Assembly (NCBI RefSeq): GCF_025526975.1
Contig: NW_026515699.1
Span: forward strand, 62,001 to 126,000
Reading direction: 5' to 3'
From: Fimicolochytrium jonesii
Lineage: Eukaryota
Length of the DNA stretch: 64,000 nt
Shown here piece by piece: positions 61,741 through 64,000 of the stretch (positions are counted from its first letter, which is position 1; the number at the start of each line of letters is the position of its first letter). A model generated the notes under the pieces. It was given only the letters and a program-made list of their open reading frames with translations. It was not told the origin of the DNA and ran no database searches. The translations under genes were made by a program, and so were the position numbers.

Positions 61741-62409
61741 GGAGGAGGGAATGGGTTTGGGGGGGCTGCTTTTATATTCCGAGAATGGGGTCTCGAAATG
61801 GCGATGTCGAGAGGCGGCCACACAGCGACGCGTAGAGAGGGCAGTGCATCGGCAACAGCGAGGACTGCGCGTCTAGGGAGCTCCCGCTGGCCTGCCAACG
61901 TAAATGATTGGCTGCATTCTGGCGCGTTGCGTCGCACAGGGAATCTGCCCATTTCCGGAAATTCAGGACAGAGTGGGGGCCACCTTTCTTAGCCTCTTCT
62001 AAGGATTATTGTCTTTGCGTTCAGAATCTTTAGAGACTTGCAAGAAATGATTAAGGAATGCTCGAGGAATGTGAAAAATTTGAAAAATTTGGCGAGAACG
62101 CGCTTTTGTAGGCCCGTGCAGGGGCAACCAAGCCGTGACTCATTGACGGAAGTCACCGGCTGGAACCTACAGCGTCATGGGCGGGGAGGGGGCCGGTGAT
62201 CAAATCGTGCCGTGCTATTGCGTGCGAGATTCGGACAGCCTGAGGGTTGGCGTTTCCATCGATAACGCGTTCCATGTCCGCTTTTATGGAGAGACTTCGC
62301 ACCCGAGACCTCGCCCTTTACCTCTCAAACAACCAGCCTCCACACCTCGCCCTTGAAACCTCCACCTCTCAAACATCCAGCCCTTACAACCTCACTCTCG
62401 TATCCAACC

Positions 62410-63445
62410 ATGACCGTCAACGCTCTGAAGATCGTGGCCCGCTTGCCCGCTGGCATCCGTGCAGCTGGAGTCGATAACGCGGCCGTTGTCAAGCTCGGCG
62501 ACGAGAACCAGGGCGCTCTGCTCACCAACTCCGATGTTTTCCCTGGGCCCGGCGCATTTGCCCTCGTCTCCCTTTTCTTTGAGGAGGACAGCAACAAGAA
62601 GGTCACTCTTCGTGGTCCCGTCGGTGCTCAACAAACCGTGGAACTGGCCTCCGGCCAGGGTGGGGACTTTGCCTACGAGTTCCAGGCTAAGCAGCACAAG
62701 GTCTTTGAGGATGAGGCTGAATTTGAGGGCTTCTGGAAGGGTCTTTTAAGGTTTTCCAGGGTCAGGTGGGTTTGAGTCTTTTGCTCATATTTGAAGTCCC
62801 GGGATGCCCTTTCACAGACCCTGATGTTACCTTTCTTGCATCATAGGTGGGAAGTGGTCGAGCTGTCTGAAAGTACTGAGGCCGAGTACAAGGCTGCGGA
62901 GGACAAGGCGATTGCGGCGGCAAATGTTAAGGAGACCAACGGTGTTAATCTCCATGAGGAGCTCACCCCGGCAGACGCTCCAGACTCGAGCGAGCGGCCA
63001 GCTGGCTTCTTCCAACCTTTCAGCGAAGGGTTCCTCCATGATCTACGGAAAATGAAGAAACGGACAGTGAAGTGGAACTACGAACAGCTCCCAGGTGAGA
63101 AATTCTACGATGCAAGAGGTTCCTGCAGGAAAAGTCGAATATGCCGATTCGAAATATCCATAGAGTTCTGATTACGGTTTTATCTGCGGGTCCGGTTCAA
63201 CAGACAATCATACCTACAAGCAGGTATATTGGAGGGAGCTAGAACTAAGAAGGTTGAACGCCATCCAACACGAAAAAAACCGCCAAGCCAATTTGGCAAG
63301 AGCTCAACAACGGACGGCTGCTGCAGCGACAAACGAACTCAAGCGCAAGCGGGAGGACAAGGTTGCTGCACCCGAAGGAACTGCACCTGCGCAAACCGAG
63401 GAGTCCAGTCCGGCCAAGAAGGCGCGTAAACCGAAATCGAAGTAG
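62410..63445 (+). CDS. Hypothetical 3-exon protein with a basic C-terminal NLS-like tail
   Basis: MTVNALKIVARLP...FSRVR/WEVVELSE...NYEQLP/DNHTYKQVYWRELELRRL...KRKRE...PAKKARKPKSK*. GT-AG introns join three ORFs, and a paralogous fragment lies at about 49 kb. Confidence 0.65.
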
Positions 63446-63508
63446 GCGAAAGTAGACGCGGACGTGATGGACATTGTGAAGGAGTTTGCGCCCGCTGAGC
63501 CGTCGAGG

Positions 63509-63657
63509 TTATTCTTTGACCCCAATATAATCTTGTTTGTGTTCAGTATCTTTTTGCGCTGTGCGACATGTGTATTTCGCTGAGTTTATTCTTTGACCCC
63601 AATATAATCTTGTTTGTGTTCAGTATCTTTTTGCGCTGTGCGACATGTGTATTTCGG
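63509..63657. repeat. Tandem duplication of a ~77-bp unit
   Basis: ttattctttgaccccaatataatcttgtttgtgttcagtatctttttgcgctgtgcgacatgtgtatttcg occurs twice. Confidence 0.9.
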
Positions 63658-64000
63658 TCTGCGGGCTGAGGAATCGGCGTGTAGGAGAGCGGGAGGAGTT
63701 GACGTTGTGAGGATGTAGGTGTAGAGAGAGGAGCTTCAATGTGCGCGATCTTCGCCGGGGATTGCGCCAATCCGAGCCTGGCGCTAAAAGCGTTGAAGTT
63801 CGCAGAGTGGTTGCGTCAAGCGATGGACGCTAATGGAACGGAACGACTCAGGATGGTGTAAAACATTTCATCGACATCCGAAGATGCTGCTGGATTTCGG
63901 CAGCATATCACGCGACCCCGCACTAGTGACGACGCGAGGTTGCGAGGTTGGCGAGTTTGGCGTGTTGTATAGTTCTGAGTTGGGGGCTACGCGCGGCGTG

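Noticed and set aside
61360..61821. 153-aa repeat protein
   Set aside because: It lacks an ATG start and arises from the 141-bp unit being a multiple of three; neighbouring units break the frame.

Overview
Eukaryotic genomic DNA with short GT-AG introns and CTRAC branch points. It is most likely an early-diverging (chytrid-like) fungus, inferred from the class C GPCR, the intron style and the TTAGGG repeats. Four ordinary spliced host genes (class C GPCR, STIMATE/YPL162C-like membrane protein, aminoacylase-1, PHO88/SND3) sit as islands among decayed mobile elements: Copia with a chromodomain, Gypsy, a DIRS-type tyrosine recombinase, and probable KDZ, MULE and CACTA remnants plus a MITE. The notable cargo is: (1) an intron-containing Fanzor (eukaryotic TnpB-like RNA-guided nuclease) pseudogene with all three RuvC motifs and a downstream hairpin; (2) an apparently intact TET/JBP-family 2OG-Fe(II) dioxygenase; (3) a ~2,150-aa spliced protein with a Ulp1/C48 peptidase domain; (4) an intronless, bacterial-looking membrane protein with two HxHP domains; (5) orphan fragments of INO1 and a TBC RabGAP; (6) recurrent interstitial TTAGGG tracts near element junctions and satellite-like arrays at 58.7-61.7 kb. 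All family calls come from reading motifs by eye; no database search was run.
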